In this document: positions 60,363 through 64,000 of the stretch, in pieces
How the letters are laid out: each line of letters begins with the position of its first letter
Position numbering within the stretch: position 1 is the first letter of the stretch
Source of the DNA: the human T2T-CHM13v2.0 reference genome, Homo sapiens
Length of the DNA: 64,000 nt
Strand: one strand, 5' to 3'
NCBI RefSeq assembly: GCF_009914755.1
Contig: NC_060927.1
Made by a program: the position numbers and the translations under genes
Notes under the pieces: model-generated
What the model was told of the DNA's origin: nothing
Databases searched by the model: none
Seen by the model: the letters and a program-made list of their open reading frames with translations, nothing else

Positions 60363-61368
60363 CAGTAGTCCCCCCATTATCCACGGCTTCGCTTTCTGCA
60401 GTTTCAGTTACCTACGGTCAACCACAGTCCAAAAATATTAAATGAAAAATTTCAGAAATAAACAATTCATAAGTTTTAAATCATGCACCGTCCTGAGTGA
60501 TGTGATGAAATCTCTCACCATTCCACTGTGTCCAGCTCAAAGGGGAACCGGCCTTTAGGACAGCATTTCTACCCCGTATACCCTCACCACCCATTAATCA
60601 CATATCGGCCACCTCAGTGAGCAGGTCGACTGTCAAAGTATCACAGTGCTTGTGTTCAAGAAACCTTTATTTTACCTAATGATGACCCGAGAGTGCAAGA
60701 CTAGTGAGGCTAGCAAGTCAAACAGCCAAAAGGGAAGCTGTAATGTGCTTCTGTTAGTGAAAAAGGTGAAAATTCTCGATTTAATAAGCAAAGAAAAAAA
60801 TCATATGCTGAGGTTGCTGAGCTCTATAGTATTCTATCTGTGAAACTGTAATGAAGGAAAAAGAAATTCGTGCTACTTTTCTGTTGCACTTCAAACTACA
60901 AAAGTTATGGCCACAGTGCATTACAAGTACTTAGTTCAAAAGGAAAGAAAAATGTTTGGGTGGAAGACATCAACAGAAATGGGTTCCAACTGACTGAAAC
61001 ATGTGGCACCAGGAAGCACCGAGCCTATACAAAGACTTCAGCAAGGGATCCCCTAAAATGAGTGACACTAAGTTATTTGTTGCAAGTAGCGAATGGTTGT
61101 GCAGATTCAAGATAAGCTTGTACCGAAAAATACAAAAATTACTGGAGAGTCTCTATCTGCTGATGAAGAAGCAGCTGTCACATTTCCAGCAGAGTTGAAG
61201 AAGCTGTTGATCTCATTACTGTGCCTAGTTTATAAATTAAATTTTATCATACATATGTATGTATGGGGAAGAGCAAAGTATACTATAGAATTTGGTACTA
61301 TTCCATGGTTTGAGGCATCCACTGGGGGTCTTGGAAGATATCTCCTGCAGATAAAGGAGGACTACACA
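60363..61368 (+). mobile_element. Tigger7/MER44-family deletion derivative with transposase remnants
   Basis: TA|cagtagtcccccattatcc TIR; remnants FVASSEWLCRFK and ITGESLSADEEAAVTFPAELKK; distal TIR gataaaggaggactac. Confidence 0.85.
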
Positions 61369-61699
61369 TAATAAAAGAGCAGCTGACATGTCAGTTAATT
61401 GTAGTTTTAAATGAATATGCAAACAAAACTCATATTTATGTGTTTTTTAAAAAATATTTATTTGGGCTGATGTTTCCACAACTTTTGAAAACTCTGTAGT
61501 GTATTGCACATTTTCCCCTCACATTAATAATTGTACCCAACGCTTTACATTTAAATATTCTTCAGCTGAGAAGATGTCTGGAAGTTGAAAAAAATAGATA
61601 AAACAAGCAAGCATATTATTTAAACACAAATAATGTACCATTTTAAAATAAGTTAATACTACGTTTCCCAATTATTCAGACTTCCTGAAGGTTCCGACT

Positions 61700-61905
61700 G
61701 CCTAATTCCAAGTCTACCACTTACTTTGCTGAATGGCGTTGGGCATGTTACTTTCCTCCCAAGTTTCAGTTTCCTCATCCATAAATGGAGAGCCTAATAA
61801 TACCTGCTCCATATGGGGTTCTAGTGGCGAACAGGTGACTTAACACATGTAAAGCATTCAGAATAATGCCTGGCACGTGGCAAGCCTTTAGTAAGTGCTA
61901 ATCCT
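61700..61905 (+). mobile_element. MIR SINE
   Basis: ttgggcatgttac...ttcagtttcctcatccataaatgg...acatgtaaagcattcagaataatgcctggcac. Confidence 0.85.
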
Positions 61906-62538
61906 GATCATCAGCTTCTTTTTCTTCTTCATCATTAATTTGTGGTTCTTACATTTAAAGGTGTCAGGGTAGTTCAATGTAGGAGCAAGCAAAGTTTTAG
62001 GGGTGGCATGTTAAATATTAAATATAATCAATCCTTCCCTCCCCTTGGAGTATTTTCTATACACTGAAGAGTATCTTTTAGTAATTGTGAATTTCTTTTT
62101 TATCCCCACAAAGAGTTAGAGGGAAACCTTAGCAAAACCAGACATTGTGTATCAGTGAGTCCAATTGTCCAGTCTCATAGTCTTTATAACCCAGCAAACA
62201 GGCCCAGTGAACAGGTGCTTGGAAGGGCAGAACATGGACTGCTTCAAACAATCAGAAATGCATCCAATAAGATATGAACTCCCACCATGGGAAATACGTT
62301 TTTTAATTAGATTAAAAAAAAAACTGATGTAAGAAATTGGCAAAATTGTTGCTTCTGAAAAGGAGTGATAGCAAAAACTAAAACTAAAAATAAAATAAAA
62401 TTTTTAAATATGTATCCATTCCTATGGTTTCCAAGTATTTTGATGTTAGCTTCTACCAGGACTGCCTGATATTTTTCTCATATATTTTCTTCCTTTATCT
62501 TAGAGTGAATCTATTTGTCACACAGTTTATTGTTCCTG

Positions 62539-62618
62539 TTAGGTTGGTGCAAAATTAATTGTGGTTTTCGCCATTAAAAGTAATAGTAAAAACCGCAGTC
62601 ACTTCTGCACCAATGTAA
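62539..62618. mobile_element. MADE1 (Hsmar1-derived 80-bp MITE)
   Basis: ttaggttggtgcaaaattaattgtggtttt...aaaaaccgcagtcacttctgcaccaatgtaa; exactly 80 bp, palindromic. Confidence 0.9.
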
Positions 62619-63482
62619 TATTTCCCCTGGGATAAAACAGAGTTGGATGAATCAGGTGCTCACAGGCAAATCTCCCTGGAAGTTCCTACTTAGTTCTTCT
62701 CCTCTGTCACTTTATATTTATTTGCAAATTGTCAAGCACCATTGGTTTATATTTGAGACACTTATGAAAATGAGAGATAAAGAATAATTTCAGGTAAAAC
62801 TCTTCTTGGGCAACACAGATCTAATGTTTCCAATGAAATAATCACTTCCTGAAATGGAAAAATAAAATAGGAAGTCAAGAAAAAATACAGATTTCAAGAA
62901 CAGCATGGGTTTAGCTTCAAGTTAAACAGAAACACTGATGCAGACAATACCAATCATTTGAGTCTTTTGAGATCTAATACAGAGCATCCAAAGGAAAGGT
63001 CTGATGAGGGAAAGAAAATCCAAAGCTTTGAAATGGTCAAAGTAGCTAGGTCTTGAAGTCAGATGCAAAGTTATAACATTCTAGAAAAATGTCCGGTCGC
63101 TTAAGTCTTAGATTCCATCAAAGTGATGACCAAATTTAGAGATGAATAACCGTACTTGGATCACTTAGCAGAAACAGCATTATAGGCCAACTTGGCTGGA
63201 AAAAAGCTCTCCATTATCAAGATCTGAGGAAGACCTCTGCAAATCCAGGTCTCCATCTCCCTGACAGCCTCCTTCACTTTCTAACAGCTCCTCGACCAAT
63301 CACTTCTCCTACATTCTAACCCAATGGCTCTCAACTCTTTAAAAAATGCAGATAGGTTTTAAAGTTTAGTGGAACCTAACATGACAGTAATTATATTTTA
63401 AATATCTGTTGGGTAAGAAAATGCATAGAAACAAAAACTTTTCAATTCACTATAAGATTTTCTACTTTATTAACCCCTAAAG

Positions 63483-63825
63483 CAGGGGTCCCCAAACCCC
63501 GGGCCACAGACTGCTACCAGTCCATGGCCTGCTAGGAACCCAGCCACACAGCAGGATGGGGGCAGTAAACTAGCATTACCTCCTGAGCTGGGCCTCCTGT
63601 GATATCAGCAGAGGCATTCAATTCCCAGAGGACCATGAAACCTATTTTGAACTGCACATGTTGGGGATCTAGGTTGGACACTCCTTATTAGAATCTAACT
63701 AATGCTTGATGGTCTGAGGTGGAACAGTTTCATCCTGAAACCATGCTCCCTGCCCCACTCAACCTCCTGGAAAATTTGACTTCCATGAAACCGGTCCCTG
63801 GTGCCAAAAAGGTTGGGGACCACTG
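63483..63825 (+). mobile_element. MER1B hAT DNA transposon
   Basis: TIRs caggggtcccca.../ttggggaccactg; 8-bp TSD ccctaaag/ccctaaaa. Confidence 0.92.
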
Positions 63826-64000
63826 CCCTAAAACATCTTCATTCAGTTAAAATTTTTCTGAGAGCCTACTATGTGCAACGCATTATTCTTAGCATTTGAG
63901 GTACAATTCTGCCCTTAAAATTCTCCTCCTTCCCTCCCTCCTTTCCATATCCTATCAGAAAAGGTCTGAACAAAATGGTTATTCTGATAGGAGAATTCTA

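Noticed and set aside
61001-61371. Transposase-like ORFs
   Set aside because: They are frameshifted fragments in an internally deleted Tigger7/MER44 element.

Overview
Primate (human-like) genomic DNA with about 40 Alu elements or fragments, plus MIR, L2, L1, ERV LTR and MER/Tigger/MADE1 DNA-transposon fossils. There is no CpG island and no long protein-coding ORF. The ORF-track entries I could assign come from Alu, L1 or Tigger sequence. The window looks like the 5' intronic part of a large minus-strand gene that I cannot name. Two good exon candidates lie at 17886-17625 (262 nt) and 7264-7139 (126 nt), with weaker ones at 18487-18433 and 14998-14791. The 126-nt exon starts with GTAAGG directly after its acceptor AG, which is recursive-splice-exon architecture. 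Spliced to the 262-nt exon it forms an open frame of at least 50 codons (MVKTMNLKCKELHLVLPGFLRDLTDAVFLCSFVTCQFMQNMLACEVRASN...) that the unspliced ORF track cannot show. Both exons sit between inverted Alus. Other highlights are a full-length RPLP1 processed pseudogene inside an L1MC element, a 60-bp templated copy (source 2350 bp away) patched into an Alu, a strong CTCF motif, a MADE1 hairpin and a possible L1 3' transduction. Repeat families were recognised by eye, so subfamilies and boundaries are approximate.
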